The notes: generated from the letters alone by a model not told the origin. A stretch of DNA of 54,116 nucleotides from Deltaproteobacteria bacterium (GCA_016183125.1 JACPFG010000043.1:1-54116); one strand, 5' to 3'. Shown: positions 9,982 to 19,524, counted from the first letter of the stretch. A program made the numbers and translations.

Positions 9982-10866
9982 ATGCCTAACCGACCGGACA
10001 AACGGCCAATCGCCCCCCATGGGCCGGAAGAACGGGCACTGGTCCGTGTCGATCCGTTGCGCCAGTTCATGGCCGAGGTGCAGCGCTACCCATTTCTTAC
10101 GGAGGTTGAAGAACGCGAACTGGCCGAGCGTTACCGGACCACCGGCGATCTGGAAGCAGCCAGGCTGCTCGTCACATCGCACCTCCGTTTGGTAGTGAAG
10201 ATCGCGATGGAATACCGCAGCTCTTATTTTCATCTCCTCGATCTGATCCAAGAGGGGAGCGTCGGTTTGATGGTTGCCGTCAAGAAATATGATCCTACAA
10301 GGGGGGCGCGCCTATCCTATTATGCGACTTGGTGGATCCGGTCTTATATCCTCAAGTATATCCTGGAAAATTTTCGCCTGATCAAGATCGGCACTACAAA
10401 GGCACAGCGCAGGCTATTTTATCGGCTTGTGCAGGAAAAACGCCGGATAGAGGCGATGGGGTTTGTTCCCGAATCCAGGCTCCTGGCAGCACGCCTCGGC
10501 GTTACGGCACAAGAGGTGGAGGAGATGAGTCAGCGGATAGGGACCTCCGAGGTATCGCTGGATGCCCCAGTCAGTCATGAGGCGCACAGCGCAACGCTCT
10601 CCGATTTCATCGCCGATAACGATGTGCCGATAGATGAGCAACTGGCCCAGGCCGAGGTGCGCGACGTCTTTAGGGAAAAATTGGCCTCGTTTGCTAAAAC
10701 CCTCAAACCGCGCGATCTAAAAATATTCCAGGAGCGGCTCTTGGCAGAGGTACCACGCACGTTACAAGATATCGCCGACGAGTATGGCATCTCCAAGGAG
10801 AGGGCACGCCAACTGGAGGCCAGGATCCTTTCCCGGCTACGCGAGGTCATGGTCAATGTTACATAA
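9982..10866 (+). CDS. rpoH: RNA polymerase sigma factor, RpoH (sigma-32) family
   Basis: Sigma-70 region 2 (LIQEGSVGLMVAVKKYDPTRGARLSYYATWWIRSYI), RpoH-box-like KAQRRLFYRLVQEKR, region 4 HTH (LQDIADEYGISKERARQLEARIL). Confidence 0.8.
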   Translation: MPNRPDKRPIAPHGPEERALVRVDPLRQFMAEVQRYPFLTEVEERELAERYRTTGDLEAARLLVTSHLRLVVKIAMEYRSSYFHLLDLIQEGSVGLMVAVKKYDPTRGARLSYYATWWIRSYILKYILENFRLIKIGTTKAQRRLFYRLVQEKRRIEAMGFVPESRLLAARLGVTAQEVEEMSQRIGTSEVSLDAPVSHEAHSATLSDFIADNDVPIDEQLAQAEVRDVFREKLASFAKTLKPRDLKIFQERLLAEVPRTLQDIADEYGISKERARQLEARILSRLREVMVNVT

Positions 10867-11081
10867 TATCTCTTATGCGACTCTAAGTAATAGTGTTTCA
10901 CCCCTGGGGTCGGCACAATAAGATCTGGGGCCTTTGCTCTCCATAAATGATCTCTAATAGATGCCCGACTGATCCCAGTAATCTATAACCTGTTGTTTTA
11001 ATTGCCTATAATTTAGCCCGCCGAGCAGCTTATCTGGCACATTTCTTGATCTATTTCTATCCCCAGAGGGAGGAACAACCG

Positions 11082-11294
11082 ATGAGAACTGTGATTAAAT
11101 GCCTCGTCCTGCTCCTAGCAGCTATCGGTTTTATTGGTCTGCTCGGCGCCTCTGTATCGCCGCTATCTGTTGCCGACGAAGAGGCAGATGACGATGGGCC
11201 TAGTTTCTACGCGAGCGCCAAGCGCCATCCCGTTCGTCTCCCCACCACGGCTATCGGAGTCCAGATTGAGCTGTTGAAACGGGCTCGCGGGTAA
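11082..11294 (+). CDS. Small secreted acidic protein, hypothetical
   Basis: AGAGGGAGG Shine-Dalgarno 8 nt upstream of ATG 11082. Signal-peptide-like MRTVIKCLVLLLAAIGFIGLLGA, then ADEEADDDG. No homolog recognised. Confidence 0.45.
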   Translation: MRTVIKCLVLLLAAIGFIGLLGASVSPLSVADEEADDDGPSFYASAKRHPVRLPTTAIGVQIELLKRARG

Positions 11295-11308
11295 CGTAGT
11301 GTTCGCCG

Positions 11309-13285
11309 ATGCATCGCAAACTGTCCGCTCCCGTTGCAGCTGTCTTAGTAAGTTCGGAATGTGACGAGGCCATTGCGCGGGCCAGTCAGCTTCTTTTATC
11401 TCATCAAACTCCAGATGGATATTGGTGGTATACCCTCGAAGCGAATGAATCGATCGGGGCCGAGGCGATCTATCTTCGTCATTGTTTGGGACTGCCAAAT
11501 CGAGAGATCGATGCTCCATTGGCGCGCCGAATCTTGGCCCGGCAGCTACCGGATGGCAGCTGGTCTTTGTCGTATAAAGGTTATGGTGACCTTAGTGCCA
11601 CTATAGAGTGTTATTTGGCATGCCGCATGGTCGGCCATCCGCCGGATTTACCGGCACTGCAGGCTGCCCGTCGGTTTATCGCGCGCCATGGTGGCCTGCA
11701 GGCTGCTCGAGTATTCACAAAGATTCACCTTGCTATGCTCGGATGCGGCAGGTGGGATGACGTACCTAACATGCCGGCAGAGTTGATCCTCTTGCCCCAT
11801 TGGGCCCCCTTCTCCATGGCAAATTTTTCCAGCTGGGCCCGGGCCTGCATCGTCCCTCTCCTGATCGTTATGGCCAGGCGTCCCATCTGGCCGGTCGACA
11901 TCCATCTGGCAGAGGAGCTGGGACCGGCTGACCATAAAAATACTGGCGTGGATTCTGCGCGCGATCTCTGGGCCGATATTTTTTCTCTGCTCGATAGGGC
12001 CATGAAACTTGCGCGTCCACTGACGGCACTAAGCCCGACCAAGTCTCTGGCGATCGCAAAGGCCGAGCGCTGGATCCGCGAGCACATTGCCGGCACGGAG
12101 GATATCTTTCCCGCATTGGCGTACGGCGCACTTGCACTGCGGGCACTAGGCCATCCGAGCACCGATACGACGATCGCCAAGGCCATGTCGGCGCTCAAGC
12201 GATTCCAACATGGGTATGAGGGCCCACTTCCTCCTCTCCCCTTTCACGACACCAATTGGCAATACGCGACCTCACGCCATACAACACAGCCCCTCATCCA
12301 CCAACAGTGTTGCATCTCCCCTGTCTGGGATACGCCGTGGGCAATGACCGCCCTCCGGTCCGCCGGTGTTCCGCCGAACGATCCTTCCCTGCTCCGGGCC
12401 GGGGAGTGGCTGCTCGCGCAACAGATCACCACGACCTATGGCGATTGGCGCCATAAAAATCCGCAGGGGGTCCCCGGCGGATGGGCGTTTGAATTCGAAA
12501 ACGATTATTTCCCCGATGTGGACGACACAATCCAGGTCTTGTTGGCTCTTCACCCCCTGCCACTCCCGGTGGAGGCAAAAGAACAGGCGACGACCCGCGC
12601 GATTCAGTGGTGTCTCTCCATGCAGAACGACGACGGCGGCTGGGCGGCGTTCGACAAAAACAATACGTTATCGCTCGTCAATAAAATCCCGTTTGCCGAT
12701 CATGGGGCATGCCTCGATCCGGCGACACCAGACATCACCGGCCGGATGCTGGAATGCCTGGCAGCCTACGGATGGGCGATGGACGCCCCTGCCGTACAGC
12801 GGGCGCTTCAGTTTCTTGTCCGTCATCAGGAGCCCGACGGGAGCTGGTTCGGCCGCTGGGGTGTTAACTACATCTACGGGACATGGGCCGTCCTGCGGGG
12901 TTTATGCGCTATCGGGATCCCAGCGACCGACCCAATGGTCGTGCGTGCCGTGCAATGGCTGGAAAGTGTGCAGCGGGTGGACGGCGGGTTCGGCGAATCG
13001 GTGGAGAGTTATCCGCGCGGGAGATACGTTCCGCAAGGGGAAAGCGTCCCCTCCCAAACCGCATGGGCACTCATGGCACTAATCGCCGCCGGTCGCGCCG
13101 CTGGCGAGGCCGCCGCACGCGCCGCGGATTGGTTGATTAAGCGTCAGCAACAGGACGGCGCCTGGGACGAACCGCACCACACCGGCACCGGCTTCCCCGG
13201 TCACTTCTACATCCGCTACCACGGCTACCGGCACTACTTCCCCCTCATGGCCTTGGCGGAGTTTCGGCGTATAGCGCAAAAATAG
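11309..13285 (+). CDS. shc: Squalene-hopene cyclase
   Basis: 658 aa. QTPDGYWW and several QW-type repeats (QLPDGSW, QNDDGGW, QEPDGSW, QRVDGGF, QQQDGAW). Catalytic DxDD motif in FPDVDDTIQVL. Confidence 0.93.
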   Translation: MHRKLSAPVAAVLVSSECDEAIARASQLLLSHQTPDGYWWYTLEANESIGAEAIYLRHCLGLPNREIDAPLARRILARQLPDGSWSLSYKGYGDLSATIECYLACRMVGHPPDLPALQAARRFIARHGGLQAARVFTKIHLAMLGCGRWDDVPNMPAELILLPHWAPFSMANFSSWARACIVPLLIVMARRPIWPVDIHLAEELGPADHKNTGVDSARDLWADIFSLLDRAMKLARPLTALSPTKSLAIAKAERWIREHIAGTEDIFPALAYGALALRALGHPSTDTTIAKAMSALKRFQHGYEGPLPPLPFHDTNWQYATSRHTTQPLIHQQCCISPVWDTPWAMTALRSAGVPPNDPSLLRAGEWLLAQQITTTYGDWRHKNPQGVPGGWAFEFENDYFPDVDDTIQVLLALHPLPLPVEAKEQATTRAIQWCLSMQNDDGGWAAFDKNNTLSLVNKIPFADHGACLDPATPDITGRMLECLAAYGWAMDAPAVQRALQFLVRHQEPDGSWFGRWGVNYIYGTWAVLRGLCAIGIPATDPMVVRAVQWLESVQRVDGGFGESVESYPRGRYVPQGESVPSQTAWALMALIAAGRAAGEAAARAADWLIKRQQQDGAWDEPHHTGTGFPGHFYIRYHGYRHYFPLMALAEFRRIAQK

Positions 13286-13294
13286 GGACAGGCC
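13281..13294. repeat. AATAGGGACAGGCC motif, single half-site overlapping the shc stop codon
   Basis: Exact 14-mer shared with 45020-45033, and with one extra C with 19454-19468. No inverted partner seen here. Confidence 0.6.
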
Positions 13295-13305
13295 TCGTTA
13301 ATGGC

Positions 13306-15687
13306 TTAGGGAAACGTGCAGGCGCCGCCCGCTTCACAATCGGCCCCCACGCGGTAGTAGCCATGGTTTTCCCCCGCAGGATTGTCAATGTGCATGATGA
13401 ACACCTCGGGCTGACCGCTTCCGTTCAGATCTGCAGCGGCAATACCCACCCCTTGGGTCTGCGTCCCAACCCAACCAGGGATCTGGATCGGATTCCCCCA
13501 TGACGCGCAGCCGGTAATCGCACAATCGAATCCCACTCGATAATGAGCGGTATTTTCACCTGCGGGGTTGTCAATGTGCGCGACCAGGAGTTCGGGACCG
13601 CCCGTGCCGTTCAGATTCACGACCGAGATCGCCGCACCCTGATCTTCCGTTCCCCACCAACCCGGGATCAGGAGCGGATTGCCCCATTGTGTGCATCCCG
13701 CGACATTGCAATCCACGCCGACGCGATAGTGGCCGGTGTTTTCGCCCGCAGCATTGTCAATGTGCATGATCAGGATCTCCGGTGACCCATTGCCGTTCAG
13801 ATCCGCAACGCCGATCCCCCCACCCTGGCTTTCGGTCCCGAACCAGCCGGGAATTTGAATCGGGTTGCCCCATTGCGCGCAGCCGGCGACGGTGCAATCC
13901 ACGCCGACGCGATAATAGCCCGTGTTCTCCCCGTCCGGGTTGTCAATGTGCATGACAAGGAGCTCCGGCTGCCCATTGCCGTTCAGATCGGCGGCGGCAA
14001 TGTCGGCCCCCTGACTCTCCGTCCCGAACCAGCCTGGGATTTGGATCGGGTTGCCCCACTGCGTACACCCGCTCATGCCACAATCCACGCCAACGCGATA
14101 ATGGCCGGTATTTTCCACAGGGGGATTATCAATGTGCATGACGAGGAGTTCGGGTTGGCCGTTCCCATTGAGATCGGCCATCGCGATCCCGCCGCCTTGG
14201 CTCTCCGTCCCGAACCATCCGGGAATGAGTCGAATATCTCCACCGTAGAGCCATTGCATCGCCGCAATGTCCCCCACGCTTAGATGATTTCTCTGCCCCA
14301 TAATAACACCGGGTGGGAGCGGCACGAGTGGGACGATGGTGGGCTGCGTATTGTTGATGGCAAAGGCAAGGGGCGGGTAGTGCATGACCGAATCGAAATC
14401 GTACATGTTGATATCATCGCCATTCACGATGTGTTGGTCGAAATTATGCAGATCGGCCGGAATGATATTCGCTATATTAATCGTGACAAAATTATTCCGA
14501 TCCTCGCGTGAATGCTCATGCCACAGCCCCAAGGCGTGCGCGATCTCGTGGGCAACCACGAAGTCATTATTAAAGCACCCCGCCGCCAGATTGATGACTT
14601 GTCCGCCGCCTCGTCTGCCGACCGGACTGGAACATCCGATCGTACCCAACTGGAACGTGACCCAGTCGGTTTCGGTGGTCCGGGGAACAAAATTCAGATT
14701 CAGCCCGACATTCACATTCATCCAGTTGTTCATCGCCGTCTGGACAACCGTCTGCTGGGCGGCGGTCAGGGCGGGGTCCATTGTGAAGGGGACGACCCCA
14801 TTCGGCCACGTAATGTCGCCCGTCCGGACGAGGCCCTTTCCCGTGAGCAGACCCTTTACATCGGTAATGCCGTCGATAACCGTGCCGATGATGATGTCCC
14901 CCTCGGTGACGAGATAGCCGTCCCGGATCTCGTAGGACACAAGTTGGCCGTTCACCTCCGTCACGAACCTTTCGGAGAGCGGTTGCGAGAGGAGGACCGC
15001 CGCATCTGCCGCTTCCTCGACGGACGCAATCTGGATCACCGGCTTGAGGATGTACCCCTGTCCCTTGTTGAAGATGACCGAATGGGCGACATCGAAATCG
15101 AGCAGGACCTTGGTCACCTTCCCGCCGTGGAGGGTGAAAATGCCGTCGAGCTTGATCCCCGTTTGCTCCCCGCTCGGCACCTTTAATGGATGCGCTTTTC
15201 CGTCGACGACAATCGTGTTTGCCTCGGCGAGGAGGAGCCGGATCTGATGATATTCCCCGACCGGAATAAAGGTATCCCCAAGGATGAGCGTTGCCAGGTT
15301 GTCCACGAGCTCCAGCAGATCAAACTGCGTGTCCGTGGGGCCGACATTAATCACTGCGGCCGGGCTGAGCACGCTCTCCTCCCGGATGAGCTGGACCTCG
15401 CGCACCGTGATGAGGATCCGTTCCACCTTTTCCAGGTCCCAGGGATACTTCGGCGGTTGTGCTTTCGTGCTCACTGTTTTCGTGACCGGTTCTCCAGCAA
15501 TGTCTTGCATCTGGATTTCAACCCGGCCCAGCGGGAGAGCATCAAGACTGCTGACCGGCGTCACTGGCGTGAGCTGCGTGTTTGGTGCTGTGCCCTCGTC
15601 TGGCGCGTGCGGTCCGCAACTGACGCCGAGGCTAGTGAACAACCAGAACACGAACAGACAGAGAGCGCGCGGGCGATTGGTTCCCAT
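13306..15687 (-). CDS. Secreted DUF4382-like domain + astacin (M12A) zinc metallopeptidase + five FG-GAP-like repeats
   Basis: AGGAGG 4 nt upstream of ATG 15687. Signal/lipobox-like MGTNRPRALCLFVFWLFTSLGVSCG. DUF4382-like segment (LKVPSGEQTGIKL...NKGQGYILKPVIQ). Astacin signature HEIAHALGLWHEHSREDR. Five C-terminal IPGWFGTESQG...ADLNGNGQPEL... repeats. Confidence 0.85.
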   Translation of the reverse strand: MGTNRPRALCLFVFWLFTSLGVSCGPHAPDEGTAPNTQLTPVTPVSSLDALPLGRVEIQMQDIAGEPVTKTVSTKAQPPKYPWDLEKVERILITVREVQLIREESVLSPAAVINVGPTDTQFDLLELVDNLATLILGDTFIPVGEYHQIRLLLAEANTIVVDGKAHPLKVPSGEQTGIKLDGIFTLHGGKVTKVLLDFDVAHSVIFNKGQGYILKPVIQIASVEEAADAAVLLSQPLSERFVTEVNGQLVSYEIRDGYLVTEGDIIIGTVIDGITDVKGLLTGKGLVRTGDITWPNGVVPFTMDPALTAAQQTVVQTAMNNWMNVNVGLNLNFVPRTTETDWVTFQLGTIGCSSPVGRRGGGQVINLAAGCFNNDFVVAHEIAHALGLWHEHSREDRNNFVTINIANIIPADLHNFDQHIVNGDDINMYDFDSVMHYPPLAFAINNTQPTIVPLVPLPPGVIMGQRNHLSVGDIAAMQWLYGGDIRLIPGWFGTESQGGGIAMADLNGNGQPELLVMHIDNPPVENTGHYRVGVDCGMSGCTQWGNPIQIPGWFGTESQGADIAAADLNGNGQPELLVMHIDNPDGENTGYYRVGVDCTVAGCAQWGNPIQIPGWFGTESQGGGIGVADLNGNGSPEILIMHIDNAAGENTGHYRVGVDCNVAGCTQWGNPLLIPGWWGTEDQGAAISVVNLNGTGGPELLVAHIDNPAGENTAHYRVGFDCAITGCASWGNPIQIPGWVGTQTQGVGIAAADLNGSGQPEVFIMHIDNPAGENHGYYRVGADCEAGGACTFP
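13309..14226 (-). repeat. Five tandem coding repeats (4 x 186 nt + 1 x 174 nt) encoding FG-GAP-like blades
   Basis: The 62-aa unit IPGWFGTESQGxxIxxADLNGNGQPELLVMHIDNPxGENTGHYRVGVDCxxxGCxQWGNPIQ is repeated 5 times to the C-terminus. Each unit carries a Cys pair. Confidence 0.9.
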
Positions 15688-15795
15688 GTAACCTCCTGAT
15701 GAGGACTGCTGTTTGCATGACAAAGGGTTTTAACACATGGCGCCTCTTCTCCCTTAGTTCGCGAGCCAGATCCCTTTCACGCGACACGCTGGTTC

Positions 15796-16749
15796 CTACT
15801 TGGGAATCTGTGCTTCGATTCTCTCCCTTATTGGCGATTTGGAAAATAACTCAAAGTCGCTTGGTAGAAGCCTTAAAAAATCTTCCCATTGGGCACGCGT
15901 GATGCTTGTCGCGATTGGCGTAGGAATCCGCGCCCACCACTGTTTTGACGCAACCTCGCTTGACTCCGAAAGGCGGTAGAGATGCGCTGGGATTCCAAAG
16001 GGGTTTTCATCGCTCTGCAGGAGAAAGGAAAAATCACAAGTCAACCACCACAACTCCTTTCCTGAATGCACGTCGATCGCCTGTAGCGTGTTTTTCCATT
16101 GGGCATCGGACTCCATCACAAAATAGACACCCCCCTTCGGACGACGGTCGTCAAAAGGAAGGTAAAGGACGCGGCTTTGCGTAAGGGGAACACAAGCGAA
16201 ACCTCCGCAGGCCCATCGCGAATCCAAAGAAACACCCCAGAAGCTGCCGACTGGGACATCCCCCTTCCCATCAATATTGGTCAACCGATAAGGATATTGC
16301 GCATAGAGCGCCTTCAGGGCTGGAAGAAATGCCGGCGCTAACTGCTCAGCCTCGCGTTGCGATGTGAGTTGTTGAAGCACCCTCGTAGCTTGCAATCTCT
16401 CGATCTTTTCCGGATGACCTTCCTGCGTGTGGATCCTGATCAGGTCACGTGTGGTGGGAAAATGCTTCTCATGTTTGATTCTCAGAACGTGTGCAAAGAG
16501 CGCCCCATAGGCAAAACGGAGCTGGACCTGCCCGGCGGGGTTCTTTACCTGCTCCAGGAAATCAGATTTTTGCAGGAACCGGTACGTTGCCGCTGTCTCC
16601 TGATCACGATAGAAACCCTCTAAATCACACGACTCTACATATGCAGGATCCCCCGCGCGCCGCGCCAATTCCTCGAACAGCGCCGAATACTCCGATGGAA
16701 CCGCGGGATCCTTCGGAGAAAACCAAGCCCGACATTTTTCGCTCACCAT
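15796..16749 (-). CDS. Hypothetical protein, 317 aa, no recognised domain
   Basis: Strong AAGGAGGGAG Shine-Dalgarno directly upstream of ATG 16749. Lower-GC coding sequence. Co-directional between the SGNH-like and astacin genes. Confidence 0.6.
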   Translation of the reverse strand: MVSEKCRAWFSPKDPAVPSEYSALFEELARRAGDPAYVESCDLEGFYRDQETAATYRFLQKSDFLEQVKNPAGQVQLRFAYGALFAHVLRIKHEKHFPTTRDLIRIHTQEGHPEKIERLQATRVLQQLTSQREAEQLAPAFLPALKALYAQYPYRLTNIDGKGDVPVGSFWGVSLDSRWACGGFACVPLTQSRVLYLPFDDRRPKGGVYFVMESDAQWKNTLQAIDVHSGKELWWLTCDFSFLLQSDENPFGIPAHLYRLSESSEVASKQWWARIPTPIATSITRAQWEDFLRLLPSDFELFSKSPIRERIEAQIPK

Positions 16750-16881
16750 ACTCCCTCCTTATCCAGCTTTCGTTCGACAACTCCTACAGGGCACATTTGG
16801 CTGCGCCGTGTCAACCGCTCATTCAAGGCATTTCCTCGACCTGGTGCGTTTGCATATCTCTCGTGATCCTCATGCTGGAGC

Positions 16882-19401
16882 TCATCGAAAGCGCCAGCCG
16901 AGGCCAATCCCGAGCTCCAAACCCGCAGGGTCCCACACGCGCCAGGAATCGAGGCCGAACGGGTTGCGTCCCTCCAGATAGACCTCTAGGCCATACACCT
17001 GAAAGGCCGGATCTCCCCGGCGCGTCCATGTCAATCGCGCCTCCACATGGCCGCGGTTCCCCTCCCACGGTTCGTCGGCATCAAGGTGATAGCGCGGCGC
17101 CCAGCCCAGGCCGGCGCTCAGGGTGAATTGGGGAAAGGAATCCGCGTAAAGATGGAAATTATTGAGGAGTGGGAGTGACAAATAGGCCTCGGCCGACTGC
17201 CCGAGATTGACAAACAGCCGCCCCTGCAGGCCGGTGCCGAGCAAATCAAAGATCCCCAAGGGGAGAAATCCGATATTGGCCGGCCACTCGATCTCCAGAC
17301 CCGTCGAAGAGTACGGAAGATCCAACCCTTTGCTGACCTGCGCAAAAAACGGGCGGAACAGTACCTGGGATCGGAAGAACCCCGGGGTCACCCCAGTGGC
17401 AGCAATGGCCTCGGCCGACTCCTCCCCTTGGGGACCGAGCGCCCCAAAGTAGACGCGGGCAAAGCGGGCCTTCCGGTTCGCATCTTGGATCGCCGCTTCC
17501 AGCCACTGAAGCAGGATTGGGCCAACCGATTCTCGCCAGAGTACGCGCAACTCCTCAGTGGATTTGCCCTCTAGGGTCTGGCGGATATCGCCGACCAGGA
17601 CATGGTGAGCGACCGCATCGCTTCCGGTCCGGCGAGGATCGAGGTGCAAGACTTCCGCAATCTTCACTAATGTTTCCGAAGAGACCGACGGCCAGATCCG
17701 GTCCGCTGCATCGGCCAGCGGTCTCCACGTGTCCGCCTCGTCGTCAAGGACCTTCTCGAAGCGATCACGGGCTGCTACCAGGTCATCGTATGGCAGGCGT
17801 GACGGGCGATACAACGAGGGATTGGCACGCACCGCTGCCTTCGCACGCTCCAGGACGGCCGCCTGAAGGTCGCTCTGCGAGACTGCCGGGGTGAGAGGAG
17901 CGATCATTGCAAAGCCGGCGTTGACAAGGGCTTGGACAATCAGCTCGCTCCAGAGGAGGTAACCAAAGTTGGAGGGATGCTCATTATCGGGACTGAATCC
18001 GCCTTCAACACCGCTGTAGCGGAGTTTCCCATACCCCGGCACCTTATCAATAGACACCCCGCTCCCCAACAGCCCATTAACGAACGAATGAAATTCCTTA
18101 TCATTATCTATAATCAACCAGTTGCTCTCGACCCCCAGCGTGACATTGGCCACCTGTTGAAATGCTCGATACCGTGCGCGGAGGTCCGTGAACTCCTTGC
18201 CCTCCAAGACAAACTGGGGAGGAATGGATCGCCCATGTTTGGCCGCCAGGACCCAGTGGTAGAGGGTCCGGCTCTCCGGTGGGATCGTCCTCCCATCGGT
18301 ATAGGTTGTCCCTGCCGGGAGGGGATGGAAGAGGAGGCTGACGTCGGGCGTCATGAGATAAACACGTCGCACCCCATGCTGTGTCGAAAGCAAGCGTGTC
18401 CCCTCATCTAGCGCGATCAGATCTTTTTGGAATGCCTCGGGCGTCCGCTCCGGCGCGTTGATAACGACGTGTCGAAAGGTCATGAGATCATTACTCCCCA
18501 AGGCCACGGCAAAGAAACCGCCTTTGGCCCCCCTGTGCTTCAGCTTTCCTTCTAGATCGGCAAGGGCATACCGCAGATAACTCTTTTCGCATCGCCACCG
18601 TTCGGGGGAGCGCGGTGGCTCCGCGCACGGGGGAGGTTTAAGGAGAGACGCCATGCGATTGAGCAATGCCGTCGCCGGAGAATCCCATCGTTCGGCTCCC
18701 TCCTGGTCGCGCAGGAGATCGTGTGTGGTTGCCCCGCCAACTCCGGCGACGGTGACCAAGCCGCCAGGATTATGATAGAGACCCTCAGGAGCCCAGACAC
18801 CGCCAAAGACCACGTTCCGTATCTGGTCAACAAAGAGCGTCTTGGCATAATCGAGCCACTCAAAGCACGTCACCTCTTCGTGCCGGCGGCCATCAAAGGG
18901 GTAAGGGCCGGCGAGCCCAACATTGCCCAGCGTGAGGGGATTGACGCCGATCGCATATAAGATCTGACTGGCAAGCAATGGAGGTGTATCGGCAGCCGGT
19001 TGGGTGGCAAACTGAAGCGCCGCGGTGAGGCTATCGCCGATCACCAACCCGGTTTTGCCAATCACGTCCTCTTTTGCCAAGGCGCTCGTTGCCGCAACTG
19101 CCAGACGAAAATCGGCCAGCTGTTGCTCCGTGACATCAGCGGGGCGCGCCGCACACATGAGCTGAGGATCGTTCCCCTTAAGGATCGTGCACAACTCTTG
19201 GTATCCGCTCCAAAGCCGTGCGATCCCCTCCCTCTCAGAGCCGTCACGGAAAACCGCCTTCCCATCATCGATGGTACGGAATTTTGCGGAGAGCGCTTGC
19301 GGATTCAGATCCGGCCATTCCGGCACTAGATCCCGGTCACCTGCACCGTATTGGTCAAAGAGCGAGAGAGTAGCAGCAGGAAGAACGGCAGGTTCCGTCA
19401 T
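16882..19401 (-). CDS. Large SGNH/GDSL-family hydrolase-like protein with long C-terminal extension
   Basis: SGNH blocks are recognisable: I GLVIGDSLTAAL, II VAGVGGATTHD, III FAVALGSNDLM, V SPDNEHPSNFGY. The listed ORF extends to 19782 but overlaps the divergent ATPase gene and promoter, so the first plausible Met is 19401 (MTEPAVLP). No signal peptide seen and no clear SD. Confidence 0.55.
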   Translation of the reverse strand: MTEPAVLPAATLSLFDQYGAGDRDLVPEWPDLNPQALSAKFRTIDDGKAVFRDGSEREGIARLWSGYQELCTILKGNDPQLMCAARPADVTEQQLADFRLAVAATSALAKEDVIGKTGLVIGDSLTAALQFATQPAADTPPLLASQILYAIGVNPLTLGNVGLAGPYPFDGRRHEEVTCFEWLDYAKTLFVDQIRNVVFGGVWAPEGLYHNPGGLVTVAGVGGATTHDLLRDQEGAERWDSPATALLNRMASLLKPPPCAEPPRSPERWRCEKSYLRYALADLEGKLKHRGAKGGFFAVALGSNDLMTFRHVVINAPERTPEAFQKDLIALDEGTRLLSTQHGVRRVYLMTPDVSLLFHPLPAGTTYTDGRTIPPESRTLYHWVLAAKHGRSIPPQFVLEGKEFTDLRARYRAFQQVANVTLGVESNWLIIDNDKEFHSFVNGLLGSGVSIDKVPGYGKLRYSGVEGGFSPDNEHPSNFGYLLWSELIVQALVNAGFAMIAPLTPAVSQSDLQAAVLERAKAAVRANPSLYRPSRLPYDDLVAARDRFEKVLDDEADTWRPLADAADRIWPSVSSETLVKIAEVLHLDPRRTGSDAVAHHVLVGDIRQTLEGKSTEELRVLWRESVGPILLQWLEAAIQDANRKARFARVYFGALGPQGEESAEAIAATGVTPGFFRSQVLFRPFFAQVSKGLDLPYSSTGLEIEWPANIGFLPLGIFDLLGTGLQGRLFVNLGQSAEAYLSLPLLNNFHLYADSFPQFTLSAGLGWAPRYHLDADEPWEGNRGHVEARLTWTRRGDPAFQVYGLEVYLEGRNPFGLDSWRVWDPAGLELGIGLGWRFR

Positions 19402-19451
19402 ACAACATGTGCCGTATAACAGTGCATGTGAGGTGTCAATGAGATAAGGCA

Positions 19452-19524
19452 AAAATAGGGACCAGGCCCTTTTTTGAATGGACTTATTTTTCAGTGGGTT
19501 GGAAAAAGGGCCTGTCCCTATTTT
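19452..19524. repeat. Inverted repeat built from the AATAGGGACAGGCC motif
   Basis: AAAATAGGGACCAGGCCCTTTTT (19452-19475) and AAAAAGGGCCTGTCCCTATTTT (19503-19524) are reverse complements except for one extra C, with a 27-nt loop. Lies between divergent genes. Confidence 0.75.

Noticed and set aside
13309-14226. 186-nt tandem repeats as a CRISPR array or a diversity-generating retroelement target
   Set aside because: The repeats are contiguous without spacers, in frame, and encode a recognisable protein repeat. No cas genes, reverse transcriptase or template repeat occur in the window.
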